A stretch of 64,000 bases of DNA. Origin: Marsupella aquatica (taxonomy: Eukaryota; Plantae; Marchantiophyta). Position 1 is the stretch's first letter. Every line of letters starts with the position of its first letter. Location of the stretch: assembly GCA_973895155.1 (NCBI GenBank), contig OZ316899.1, positions 7,505,241 through 7,569,240 of the forward strand. Direction: 5' to 3'. Under the pieces are notes generated by a model. That model worked only from the letters and a program-made list of their open reading frames with translations. It did no database searches and had not been told where the DNA came from. Shown here piece by piece: positions 46,131 through 56,800 of this stretch. The translations under genes and the position numbers were made by a program.

Positions 46131-49054
46131 ACTGTCCCTGCTACTGCTCCCCACTTAGCCGTTTCATCCAATTGGTCTACATCCTTAACTTCCTCCGGAA
46201 TTGCAGCTAAAAAGGTGGATTCTATTGTAAAGCAGTCCTCGACCTCTTCGTCTTCTTCTTCCAAGTCACCTTCCATTGGTTCTTGCCATAATCCGCTGGG
46301 GGGTACCTCTGGTCCAAAGACACCTTCTTCGGTTAGGTTAGTGAAGCATTCTAACCAACGTACTTCATCGGCTGACCCCAGTCCACTATCGTACCCATCT
46401 ACTTCCCTTATGCTTTTCCTACGGTCATCCTTAGTGTCCCAGGATACCGTGATAGAGGGGGTCCCGAAAGTGAACTGCTTTTTACCCCAATCTTCTATTA
46501 CCTCGGCTAGGTACAGCCATGGCCTACCAATCAATAGCCGGAATGACGTAGGATTTACCGGCTTCATTACTACATAGTTAATGCTAAAGAAGATACCTCC
46601 TATCTCTGTCTTGATGCCGGTTAACACTCCCGTCGGAATGACCTGATATCCATTGGCCATGTTCAACACTCTTCCAGTCATCTCCGGTGTTAGACCCCAC
46701 CCTTTTGCTGTTGAATCAATCATAATACATACCCCTGATCCTCCATCGATGGGTACCCGTAGTAATAATTCTCCTTGAATCATTAATGGTAATGCTGGGG
46801 CTCCTTGATCTTCTTCTATCATTAGTACGTCGGATCTGGTTGCTACCTTGGGTAATCTCGGCTTGCCGAGAATAGCCTTCCTTAATTGCTTCCGGAAGTA
46901 CGGGCTATTTTTCAATAGTTGACCTACTGTTGCCGAGACTCTAGATTCTAGTACATCTTTAGCCAGGTCATAGGGAACAATCGGCTTCTCTTCTGGTGGT
47001 GTTTCCGTCTTGGATTCGGCCAGTTTTGCCACGCTAGTCTCCACAGCTGTTGGGTCTTCCGAAGCAAACAATGCTTTTGCTCGTTTTACATCCTTGGCAA
47101 TGGCTTCGGTATTCTCCAGGGTTTCTAATTCTCTTAGTTGTTCCTTAACACTAGCCGTAACAGAGGGGTAGAACAACTTAGGATGATCTCGATTGAAGTC
47201 GCTATCTTGTGAAGGATTGGTTTCACTGGTGGGCTCATGGCTTACCTGTATTGCCAGAGCCCTCCCTTCTCCTTCTGTTGATGTTGACCAAGAGTCGATC
47301 CTTTCCTTCGTAACCTTCCCTTTATTTTTGGCCAGCCCATCCCACCTTTCCTTCCTTCTGGTAGATCGAGTAGAGACCCGGTAGCAATCATGATCTAAAT
47401 CCTCCTCTGAGAAGGTTGATAGGGCTTCGGCCTCATCATCAGATGGTACGAACTCTGCCTCGGCATCCTCTTGCCATCCTAGTTCGATGTGGTTGATTTG
47501 AACTCCTCCGGGGGTAGTACCTGGCGGTAAGATCTTGATCGGCAAAAGCTTATGATTTGCGGCCAGGCCTGCCAACCAAGTAGGACATTGCCCTAGCATA
47601 TGACCTTCCTGTCGGCATCCCATACATAGCTGAGCTGGTTGTCCATCACCCTGTTTGCGTGCATTCGGGCATTCTCTAGCAAAATGGCCAGGTTGACCAC
47701 AATTATAGCACGCCGCAAATCTTTGCACATTCGGCCTAGGAGGTACTGACGGGTTCTGAATAATCCGAGGATACATCTCTCCTGGATTGTTCCTTAACCC
47801 TGACCACAGAGATGCAGGTCTGTTGGATAGGTCTCGTGCTCCAGTCTCACTGATGCCGAAAACACTATCAGCGGCATCTCCCAAAAAGTACTCTACTTCT
47901 CCCTGACATGGTCTGATCTCGGCCACATGCCGAACATGATTAGTATTAAGCTTAGGACAAGCATCTTTATGGTGTCCGGTTTTATAACATAAGGCACACC
48001 ATACAGAGCTATCCTCCTGTACTACCTTCTTCTTTGGTTTTACCTCTGCAATGATAGCCTTAAGTTGCTCGGTAAGGGCTACGATGTTATCTGGTGGCTT
48101 AGCCTCCATCTTGACTTTCGTCTTCCCTCTCCTTCTGCCCTTCCTTTTCCTAGTTTTTTCTTCTTCAGAACTAGAAGATGACTCACTCTTGCTACTCCCA
48201 CTATTCGAGCTTGACTTATCACTTCTAGACTTCTTGGAATGTTTCTTCTTCTTATCTTTTTTCTTGTGGGGTGATCCCTCCTCTGATGAGGAACTCTCAG
48301 ACTTAAGCTGTTTCTTCCGGCTTGTGATATCTGCATTAATGTATAATTGAATATCCTTAATTGCTTCGGCTAAGGTCTCCGGGTTCTCCTTCCTAATTGC
48401 AAAACTCATCTTCTGTGGCAAAGCATTCACCAACCATTGAAGTTGCATACCTTCAGATGCATTGGTCTTTGTACGTCTTACCAGTTTCTGAAAGCGTTGC
48501 AAGAACTTCCTGAAGGATTTGTTCTCCTTGAACCGAAGTTGTCCCAACTTCAGCACTGCTAGTTCTGAAGTTCCAATGGGTCGAAACTCCTTAACAAAGA
48601 GTGTTTTGAAGATATCCCAGATGGCTTGATCTTCCACATCTAATGCTCTGTACCAAGGCCTAGCCTCACCCTTGAACAGGCCGGGAAGAATCTGCATCTT
48701 GATGGCCGATTCTCCATTTGCTGCAGCGGTTCCCTCGAAATCATCCAACCATTCGTCCGGATCCTCATCTCCTCTCCCATGAAATGCCTTGTAATGTATG
48801 CGCGACCGCTGGCTCAATCTGGTCCCTGGCCTCTCGTCTGGCCGTGCCTCTGGTTCCCCCATGTCGGTTGGAGACTCACTTCTCCTTACCGACTCTTCTT
48901 CTGGTATGTCTTCTTCGACGCCACTTCCAGTTTCGGAGCTACCAGCTCTTTCTGCCCCTCTCAGTCGCTGTGTATCATGCCACCCGGCGAGCTGCTGCAG
49001 TCGAGCTCTCTCCCGTTGAATCACTCTTTCTTCCCTCGGCGTAAGGTCAGTCAT
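46061..49054 (-). CDS. gag: Intact Gag-protease polyprotein (997 aa)
   Basis: Retrotransposon gag core (DPDEWL...ARPWY...FVKEF), Ser/Lys-rich linker, three CCHC knuckles, PIDGGSG protease. Confidence 0.95.
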   Translation of the reverse strand: MTDLTPREERVIQRERARLQQLAGWHDTQRLRGAERAGSSETGSGVEEDIPEEESVRRSESPTDMGEPEARPDERPGTRLSQRSRIHYKAFHGRGDEDPDEWLDDFEGTAAANGESAIKMQILPGLFKGEARPWYRALDVEDQAIWDIFKTLFVKEFRPIGTSELAVLKLGQLRFKENKSFRKFLQRFQKLVRRTKTNASEGMQLQWLVNALPQKMSFAIRKENPETLAEAIKDIQLYINADITSRKKQLKSESSSSEEGSPHKKKDKKKKHSKKSRSDKSSSNSGSSKSESSSSSEEEKTRKRKGRRRGKTKVKMEAKPPDNIVALTEQLKAIIAEVKPKKKVVQEDSSVWCALCYKTGHHKDACPKLNTNHVRHVAEIRPCQGEVEYFLGDAADSVFGISETGARDLSNRPASLWSGLRNNPGEMYPRIIQNPSVPPRPNVQRFAACYNCGQPGHFARECPNARKQGDGQPAQLCMGCRQEGHMLGQCPTWLAGLAANHKLLPIKILPPGTTPGGVQINHIELGWQEDAEAEFVPSDDEAEALSTFSEEDLDHDCYRVSTRSTRRKERWDGLAKNKGKVTKERIDSWSTSTEGEGRALAIQVSHEPTSETNPSQDSDFNRDHPKLFYPSVTASVKEQLRELETLENTEAIAKDVKRAKALFASEDPTAVETSVAKLAESKTETPPEEKPIVPYDLAKDVLESRVSATVGQLLKNSPYFRKQLRKAILGKPRLPKVATRSDVLMIEEDQGAPALPLMIQGELLLRVPIDGGSGVCIMIDSTAKGWGLTPEMTGRVLNMANGYQVIPTGVLTGIKTEIGGIFFSINYVVMKPVNPTSFRLLIGRPWLYLAEVIEDWGKKQFTFGTPSITVSWDTKDDRRKSIREVDGYDSGLGSADEVRWLECFTNLTEEGVFGPEVPPSGLWQEPMEGDLEEEDEEVEDCFTIESTFLAAIPEEVKDVDQLDETAKWGAVAGTVDFLQALWQSRRGPQRPRSSARN

Positions 49055-49123
49055 TACCTACGCTTCCGTTCTAACTTCATATCTCACGGCTTAAGAAATG
49101 CCCCCTCCATCTAGCGCCAAAAA

Positions 49124-52100
49124 TGTGGTGCGTCCCATGGCTCCCTAAACCCAAGAAACCCCCCAGCTCAAGCCGATTCCCGCAGGTTTCGCGCTTGGCG
49201 AGGCCGTTTCCGCGGCTTAGTGGCATGGGACGCTGCTAACCTTCTACTACTACTATTAACATTTTACACACATATACTGGACAGATCCTTCATCGGGTCA
49301 TGAGATACGTAGCCGGCCTAATATAGGCCTTCCCCTGTCTTCCCCTGTCTTCCCCTCCGTCTTGTTAGGTATGTTTGGATTCCGCCGCCGGAATGATCCC
49401 CAATAGGCTTGGTTAAGCCGCTAAGACCTCTCTCAGCTCGACACATCCAACTCTCACTCCCCTGCTTACTTTCCTTCTTTCTGTTGATGTGGGCACTCTT
49501 CACACAAGTTAATGCGACACACAAATAGCAAAATGACTCATTCTGACTGAGTCATACCATGCACTTGCCATACAAACAGTACATCTCATACACAAGTTCT
49601 GCGAACTAAGCCGTGAGGCCAACTCTATTCAGCTCTTAGGCATGAGGAAACATGAATATACACAAGGGTCACTGTATGACTAACCGAGAGCTTCTCGTAC
49701 TACTTGATCCCAGCCCGGCTGGTGCAAACTAAAAACTTGCTAAAGAAGAGGCCCTGAGCTCCCCGCTGCCCAGGTACTTATCCTGGTAGTGGATCCGCCA
49801 TTCTTTGCATCGTAAGCCTGATCTACTTAACAGTAATCTACTTGCCCGAATCTACCTATGTACAGCAAGGCAAGAGCACAAGTGTTGCTCCTACCAGTGG
49901 GACCGCAATCCCACTAAGCTAAGTGTCAGGGCCGCTCCTGGTTCTGATCCTAATCCTAAACGTGGAGATCCGTGCCCGCCCTGCCCACTCACGCCTCCTC
50001 CCTCCACGTCCGCCCTCCCTAAAAGGAACGGCGCCCTTGCACCGTCACGACACCGGTGGTGGATCCTCAATGGACGCCCCCAACACTTCCTCCTCAGCCA
50101 CTGCCGTTGGCCCGCCTACTGACAGATTACCTGCCCTTGACCGAGTCAACTCTCCCTCGGCCTGACTGGGTCCACCTTCGGCTTCAGCCTCGACACCGGC
50201 CTCGGCAATACCCACGGCTTCGGCTTCAGCCACCCCCACGGCTTCGGCTTCAGCCACTCCCTCGGCTTCGGCCTCCCCTTCCCCTAGGGTAGTTGGATCC
50301 TTAGCTGTGACCCTGTCTGGGGTCGGTGCCGGGTCTACCTCCTTGATCACCACGGCCTGTGAAGTCGTATTACTCCTTGACCCTGAAGGTTTCCGCTTCT
50401 TCTTCGTTGGTGGCTCGGCAGCTGGTCCCTTCCCCTTCCCACTTACCTCCGGCACTGGTGCAGGTGGCGCGGCTTGTCCTTCGGCAATTACCACCCCTGG
50501 TAACTGGTTTGTCCCAACAGGAGATGGACCTGCTGCAGCTAAGCATTTAAATACTGCGGCTTGTTTCTTCAGCCGCTCTGTTTGGTTGTCGGCCCGCCGC
50601 TGTAGGTTCTCCATCTTCCTCGTGATTTCCTCCAACTCCTCTTGGGTTTCATCCAGGTCCTTACGTGCCCCCTCCAGCTCGTTTTTGGCCTCCTCCTGCT
50701 CCCTGTGGGCTTCCTCCAATTCCTTCTTCAAGGTAGCCTTCTCCTCCTGGGTTGCTCTTAGCTCCTTGTCGAGCTCTGCAATGATGACAGACTCCATCTG
50801 GTTCATCTTGGCGTAAGTCTGTTCGAGCATCTCGTCCTTCTCCCTTAGGTCGGCCTTGAAGCTGGCCGTCAGGGACGCAAGCTCCTGCTGCAGCGCCATA
50901 ATCCCTTGATAGGATTTCCCTAACTCGACCTCCTTCTGCTCAAGGGCTCCGCGGATTTTCTCGAGCTCCCCTTTCAACGCCCATTCCTTTCTTTGGGTCT
51001 CCGCCATGGCCCGGCTGTTGGCTGTTATGTGGGCCTCCTCTGTATTCTTCAGCTCTTGCTTCCACTTTTCCCTTTCTTTGATCGTGTCGGCCAACTCTTC
51101 CTGCGTCTGAGTCAGTTTATCCTTGATATTCTGATTATCAGCCTGCGCGGCGTCCAACTGCCCCTGCATGATGTTCAGCTCATGTCGTTTTATCCGCAGT
51201 TCATCTTGGGCTTTCTTGGCCGCCCTTAGATCTTCAATCTCGGCTTCCATCCTCCTAAGCCGCCGAATGACCTCGTCCTTCTTGCTTCTCTCTAAAGCCA
51301 CCGCTTCTTCTAATTGGTGCTTCTCCAACTGCTCCCTATGGAAAAAGGGTCCTACCTCCAACTCCTCTCCAAAGATGCCGAGCGCAAGTTCCCCACACAT
51401 CTCACCATACTCCATGGCTCTATTCTTAGCGTAGGTGGAGTAAGTAGAAGTGATCGGCATCGCCCATCGTGGCCTCTGCTCCCAAGCCGTCCTGCGGATC
51501 TCTTCAATCGTGGCTAGAGGTTTGCTTCCTTTTTCGGCTAGCCGCCTGATGTCCTCCGGCCAATCTCCTCCTGGTAAATCCTTTTCCTTAGCCAGGGCGG
51601 CCTCTTCCTCCTGCTTGATTCGCTCCTGAAATTCCTGCACCGTCTGTTTTATGTCGTCGAAGCTCGGGGGAGCAACATCTGGTGGGGGAGACTCAGGGCT
51701 ACTCTGCTGGTTGGGGTCCCCTCGCACTACCCTTGGAAGTGTGGGGACAAACCGGCCACAGGTCCTTACTCCTGGAACGTGATGGTCCGACCCATAGCCG
51801 GAATTATCATGGCTGCAGTCCTCCACTGCCTCCTCTACCTCTTGGATTTCCGGCTTCTCCCTCTCCTCTTCCTCGGTAGGAGCTTCAGGCAATTCTGCCT
51901 CAGATTCGGAGCTTGAGGTTCCCACGTACATTCGAACACCTGGCTTGGATTCCGGCCTGATTCTCTCGTCTCCAGCAAAGGGGTTTTCTCTTGTGAGCCG
52001 GTGTAGGCCTACCTCTGTAGTAGTGTCCTGCATGGTTGCCGTTGCCGTTGTTGTTGCCGATGCCGATTTCTTTTCTTTCTCCAGTAGTTTCAGCAGACTC

Positions 52101-53780
52101 TGCATGCCTGGTTGCTGCATCGGCAAGTCTTCCTTCCTGGGCCTAAACACCTGCTCGATCGTAGGACTAACAGGTGGTTGAGGCTTCTCAGCCAACGGCC
52201 TCGGCGTTGGAGCTTCCTCGGGTGCCCTTACCTGCAGGGGAAGTACCGGGGCAAAAGTCTGACCTCTGGCATACCGGCACAACAGCGGCATGTGATAGCC
52301 AAGCCGCGACACGCTCCCCATGCCGATTACCTGCTGCTCCTCCTTTAAGATCTTCTTCAATTGGTTGAGGAGGTACCCGTTGTAGTCCCGGCTTGGGTCT
52401 GGCCTTTCTGCCAGATAGACCTGTGCCTTGCCGATCTCTGCCCTCGGCAAGTTACAATGCATGGTCACCCGCAAGAAGTCGATCATCTCTCCTATGTGCG
52501 GGTTGGTGCAGGTGTTCCGGAAGAAGCCATTCTTCGTTGATGGCCCGGGGAACGACCGGAACTCCTTGTCAGGCAAGGTCTTCCTGGTATCAACTTTGGT
52601 CTTATTGCCCATCGGCAAGCCAAACACTTCGGCAATCACCTTGGGAGTAAGATAGAAATCCTTCCCATATATCCTCGTGCAATTGGTCTCGGGTTCCCAT
52701 GACCCCACGAATTCTAATAGGTCTGACTCCGGTACCTCCGGCTTCAGCCATGGTAATCTTACAAAGGCCTCCAAGCCGGATCCGGCCATGAAGCCTTGGT
52801 ACTTCTTGGTCTGCATGGCCGTAAAGCATGCATCCTCCTCCCGTGCAAAATGTAGTTGCACCTCCACCGGTAGGGTTGCCGCCCAGCCCTTCCAGGTGTC
52901 ATCCCTGGTTGGAATGGCCTTGATGGGATCGACCTCCTCCTCTTCGGCTTCTCCCTGCCTCCTGCTCTGCTGCTCGGCTGGCTTCTTTGGTGCCGTCGAC
53001 CTCGTTCTTTTTGCCGGGGTGGCTTCATCGTTGACGGCTCCCTTCCTCTTCATCTCTGCTGCCGTGGAGGTTTCTCCTAGCACCGTTGCCTGGGTCCACC
53101 TTTCCGTGCTACCCTTTAATTCCCAGTGTATGTCGTTGCAGTTCTTGATGGCCTCTCGGATGCCGACGATGCTGTCCTTGCAAAACAGAAGATCGTCGAG
53201 TTGATTGGAAGTAGGCGTCCACAGGAACTCGTCCTTGATGAGTTCGCCTCCTAAGAAAGCCGTCTTCTGCAGCTCCCACAATCGAGCGAGCTCCTGCCGT
53301 TCTCGAGCTGCCCTTTCTGACTCCTCGTCCTCGTAAGTCTTGATGTACTCAGTTGCCCGTTCGAACAGGCATCCCCAGAAATGTGCCGCTTGATTGACGT
53401 TGCTCATACCCTCCTTAGGTTGATCGTCGGTATCTACTCTCTCCCCGAGTGCTTGCCTAAGCAGCTGACAGTAGTTGGCCTCCCGTAGTCGTCTGCCTAG
53501 TTCGTGCTCGCAAATGAGCCACCATCTCCTGCAAGCGCTCCTTACCCCTCTCCTCTGCCGGTCCTTCTTCCCGTTGATCCTTCCTAGCCGCCGACGCTTA
53601 ACGCGCCCTAACCCTAATCGGGTTTTCACCCTCAGCCTTACCTCCGGCCTCTGCCCGGGTTCCATGGTTGCCCCTAATTGTTTATATTTTCCTTGTTTTG
53701 TCACTATACTAAGGTGTTCCTAGGGTGCCTTCCTGCTTTACCCACTTAACCGGCCGAGTGATTCCTGTCTAGGCATCACA
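49124..53780 (-). repeat. 5' LTR of element F (4657 bp)
   Basis: Minus strand TGTGATGC...GCACCACA (7/8 terminal inverted repeat); TSD on the outer side, PBS on the inner side. Confidence 0.95.
50045..53665 (-). CDS. Intact LTR-encoded accessory protein (1206 aa from the first ATG; 1219 aa from the GTG at 53704)
   Basis: Uninterrupted ORF: Arg-rich N-terminus, GKDFYLTPKVIAEVFGLPMG domain, ~250-aa coiled coil, KKKRK motif, acidic AEAE tail; homologues in A and B. Confidence 0.9.
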   Translation of the reverse strand: MEPGQRPEVRLRVKTRLGLGRVKRRRLGRINGKKDRQRRGVRSACRRWWLICEHELGRRLREANYCQLLRQALGERVDTDDQPKEGMSNVNQAAHFWGCLFERATEYIKTYEDEESERAARERQELARLWELQKTAFLGGELIKDEFLWTPTSNQLDDLLFCKDSIVGIREAIKNCNDIHWELKGSTERWTQATVLGETSTAAEMKRKGAVNDEATPAKRTRSTAPKKPAEQQSRRQGEAEEEEVDPIKAIPTRDDTWKGWAATLPVEVQLHFAREEDACFTAMQTKKYQGFMAGSGLEAFVRLPWLKPEVPESDLLEFVGSWEPETNCTRIYGKDFYLTPKVIAEVFGLPMGNKTKVDTRKTLPDKEFRSFPGPSTKNGFFRNTCTNPHIGEMIDFLRVTMHCNLPRAEIGKAQVYLAERPDPSRDYNGYLLNQLKKILKEEQQVIGMGSVSRLGYHMPLLCRYARGQTFAPVLPLQVRAPEEAPTPRPLAEKPQPPVSPTIEQVFRPRKEDLPMQQPGMQSLLKLLEKEKKSASATTTATATMQDTTTEVGLHRLTRENPFAGDERIRPESKPGVRMYVGTSSSESEAELPEAPTEEEEREKPEIQEVEEAVEDCSHDNSGYGSDHHVPGVRTCGRFVPTLPRVVRGDPNQQSSPESPPPDVAPPSFDDIKQTVQEFQERIKQEEEAALAKEKDLPGGDWPEDIRRLAEKGSKPLATIEEIRRTAWEQRPRWAMPITSTYSTYAKNRAMEYGEMCGELALGIFGEELEVGPFFHREQLEKHQLEEAVALERSKKDEVIRRLRRMEAEIEDLRAAKKAQDELRIKRHELNIMQGQLDAAQADNQNIKDKLTQTQEELADTIKEREKWKQELKNTEEAHITANSRAMAETQRKEWALKGELEKIRGALEQKEVELGKSYQGIMALQQELASLTASFKADLREKDEMLEQTYAKMNQMESVIIAELDKELRATQEEKATLKKELEEAHREQEEAKNELEGARKDLDETQEELEEITRKMENLQRRADNQTERLKKQAAVFKCLAAAGPSPVGTNQLPGVVIAEGQAAPPAPVPEVSGKGKGPAAEPPTKKKRKPSGSRSNTTSQAVVIKEVDPAPTPDRVTAKDPTTLGEGEAEAEGVAEAEAVGVAEAEAVGIAEAGVEAEAEGGPSQAEGELTRSRAGNLSVGGPTAVAEEEVLGASIEDPPPVS

Positions 53781-53842
53781 GCAGTGTTGTCTGTCTGGGA
53801 GCTGGAGGTAAGTGCGCGCTCCCCTTGAGTCTTGGAAGGTCT

Positions 53843-56800
53843 TTATGTGATTCGCTTATCCTGTGACAGTTCAGAAAGGCTACACATTCCAAGTAACCGG
53901 ATTAGTGCCTTATGTAATACTGGAGGTAGAGATTTTGTGAAGAGGTCTGCAGCATTCTTCAAACTTGGGATCCACTGAACGTTAATTGTATCGCCATGTT
54001 GTTCTTGTGTAAAGAATTTTTTTGGGGAAATGTGTTTTGTCTTATCACCTTTGATGAATCCTGCGGAAATTTGTTCTATGCATGGTCTGTTATCTTCATA
54101 GATGACAGTAGGGGAGTTGAGTTTAGGTTTACCTGTGGTTTCTTGAAGGTAATTGATTACATTGCGTAACCAGATGCACTCGCGGCTCGCCTCATAGAGT
54201 GCAATTACTTTTGAGTGATTTGAAGAAGTGGTGGTAAGTGTTTGTTTTGTGCTCCGCCACGAGATAGCTGTAAGTCCAATTAGAAAGACATATCCGGTCT
54301 AGGATTTGGCGTTTGCAGTGTCGGATAAGTATCCAGCGTCAGCATAGCCGGTTAGTGTGATGTTTGCTTTGTTGTAGTAGAATAATCCAAGGTCAATGGT
54401 GCCATTGAGGTAACGGAATATACGTTTAATCCCGTTCCAGTGTCGGATTGTGGGTTGTGAGCTATACCTGGCTAGCAGGTTGACTGCGAAAGCAATGTCA
54501 GGTCAAGTCTGTGAAGACAAGAATAAAAGTGCGCCAATGGCCGATAAGTATGGCTTCTCGGAGCCAAGCAGTGGCTCCTCTTCATTTCTTTTCCGGAAAA
54601 TGTCTTTATCTCTGTCGAGAGAACGTATGTCCATTGGTGACTTGACTGCCTTTTCGTTATGCATATTGAATTTCTTTAGCATCATGCGTGTGTATGTAGA
54701 TTGGTGGAGTAGTACTCCGTGTGGTAGGTATTTGAATTGCAATCCGAGGCAGAATGTAGTTCTGCCTAAATCTCTGATCTCGAACACCTTGTTCAGTTGT
54801 TTGATTGTGTCTTGCAGGATCCTTGGTGTTCCGAATAAATTCAAGTCATCCACGTATATTGCTACTATGATGATCTCTTGTCTTTCTTGTTTGATGAATA
54901 AGCATGGGGAAAGGTCTGAAGTTTTGAAACCCATTGCCATCATATCTGTCTTAAAATGTCTGTACCAGGTACGCCCACTCTGTTTGAGTCCATACATGGA
55001 TCTGAGGACTTGGACAGCAAATCGGTTCCGAGCAGTAAGTGTTTTTGGACTTGTTCCCTGTTTAGCAGAGGCCTTCCAAGCGATTGCTTTGGCGGTAGTG
55101 TGTAGCACTTTCTTGTTTGTGTCGCCAAAAGGGCCTTCATTCCTAGTGGGAGCGTTTTGTAGTCTGTGCTCCCCCTGAATATGGCAATGAACTCTGGTTA
55201 GTAATTCAGGAGGGGCTTCCATGTAAATAATGGTGTCAAGATGTCCATATAGATAAGCAGTGACTATATCAAGTTGATGCATTGTCAGTTTATGATGTAT
55301 TGCGAATGCTATCAAGTATCTATATGTGATCACGTCCATGATAGGTGAGTAGGTGAGGTCGTAATCTCTGCCAGGTATCCTTTGGCCACTAGGCGTGCCT
55401 TGTATCTGACTATTTCGCCTTCTGTTCCTCTTTTTGACGAATGTCCATTTGTATCCGGTGAGGTGAGTATCAGGAGTTACTGGCGTTATTGGTCCGAATA
55501 CTTGTCGGGAAATCAAGGAGTCCAGTTCTGAATTGACTGCCTTCTGCTAGTCTTGCCAATCAGGTTGTTTTCTCGCTTCTGTTATGGTTAAGGGATCAGG
55601 TGAGTCCTCCATCATTGCTGTTGATATTTGGAATGCGAATGTGTTGTCTGGTATTGTGGTGGGTCTATAGTGGATTTTTCCTGTGTAATTGTAGTTAATG
55701 GCTATTTCTTCGTTCTCTGTTGGGGTGGTCTGTTGGGCCCTCCTCTGGCAAGGGTGTTTATCCACAACTCCAGGAGGTCTTCCTCTTTTCTTGCGTGGTT
55801 CAATGCTTGTGGCTGGCTGGTGGTCCATATTTATTCTAGATGGTGCGTTGGTAGCTGGGTTATGGGATCTGGTCACTTTGGCAACATCCACGAATGCATC
55901 GGGTAATTCTTCCATTACTCGACTGAGGTGTAGTATTCGTTGTACCTCTGTATCTGTTTGGGAAGTTCTAGGGTCGTTCCAAAATTGGGAGTTGATTTGC
56001 CAGGCTAGTAGTTTAGTTGCAGGTTCTGATGTTTTTGGTGTGGTGTTTAAGGCTGGGAATACTGTCTCATAGAAGTGTCAATCAGCGAATCTAGCTTTAT
56101 ATACGTCAGCAGTTGTAGGTTCTAGGTATCTGATAATGGATGTGGAGTTGAAACCTATGTAGATCCCCTTCTGTCTCTGGGGTCCCAGTTTAGTCCTCTT
56201 TAGTCTCATTATGGGAACCAAGGCCTGGCAACCAAATGTTCGAAGGTGTGCCAGGTTGGGTGAGGTGCCAAATGCAAGGTGGTATGGGGAGCTCGTGTTA
56301 AAAGCAGATGGCCTGTATCTGAGGAGTGCAACAACGTGTAGGATGGCGTGGCTCCAGGCAGAAGGTGGGAGACTGGTTTGCATAAGGAGTGGTCAAGCTA
56401 TTGTCTATAGACGTTTAATGAGGGATTCTGCAATCCCATTTTGGAAATGAACGTAGGCTACAGGTTATTCAACTTCAATCCTAGATGCAATGCAAAAGTC
56501 GTCGAATGTCTGTGATGTGAATTCTCCCGCATTGTCTACTCTTAATGTTTTGATGGGGTGGTCAAGAAATTGTGCTTTTAGGCGCAGGATGTGGGCTAAG
56601 AGTCGGGAGAAGACTAAGTTGCGTGTTGATAGGAGGGAGACCTGGGACCATTTTGATGAGGCGTCAATGGTAGCTAAGAAGAATCTGAAGGGTCCGCTTG
56701 GGGGATTAACAGGGCCGCATACATCCGCATGTATTCGCTCGAGGAATTTGGGGATATTTTTGTCTGTTGTGGATGAGGAAGGTCTCATTGTGAGTTTTCC

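Larger units (their letters stand above)
40077..53780 (-). mobile_element. Element F: young non-autonomous family-A element with two 4657-bp gene-bearing LTRs and a 4390-bp interior
   Basis: TSD GCAGT at 40072-40076 and 53781-53785; repeats offset by exactly 9047 bp; PBS 49102-49119; PPT 44734-44748. Confidence 0.96.

Noticed and set aside
53606-53618. Telomeric repeat or telo-box CCCTAACCCTAA near the LTR start
   Set aside because: Only two units, inside codons RLGLG; too weak to call a promoter element.
50045-53704. Env protein or captured host SMC/myosin gene
   Set aside because: No transmembrane segment, Walker motifs or introns; similarity would come only from the generic coiled coil.
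40077-53780. Tandem dimer or segmental duplication of an element with ~0.9-kb LTRs
   Set aside because: The repeat boundary coincides with the PPT, the TG/CA inverted termini and a perfect 5-bp TSD; A and B show the same layout.
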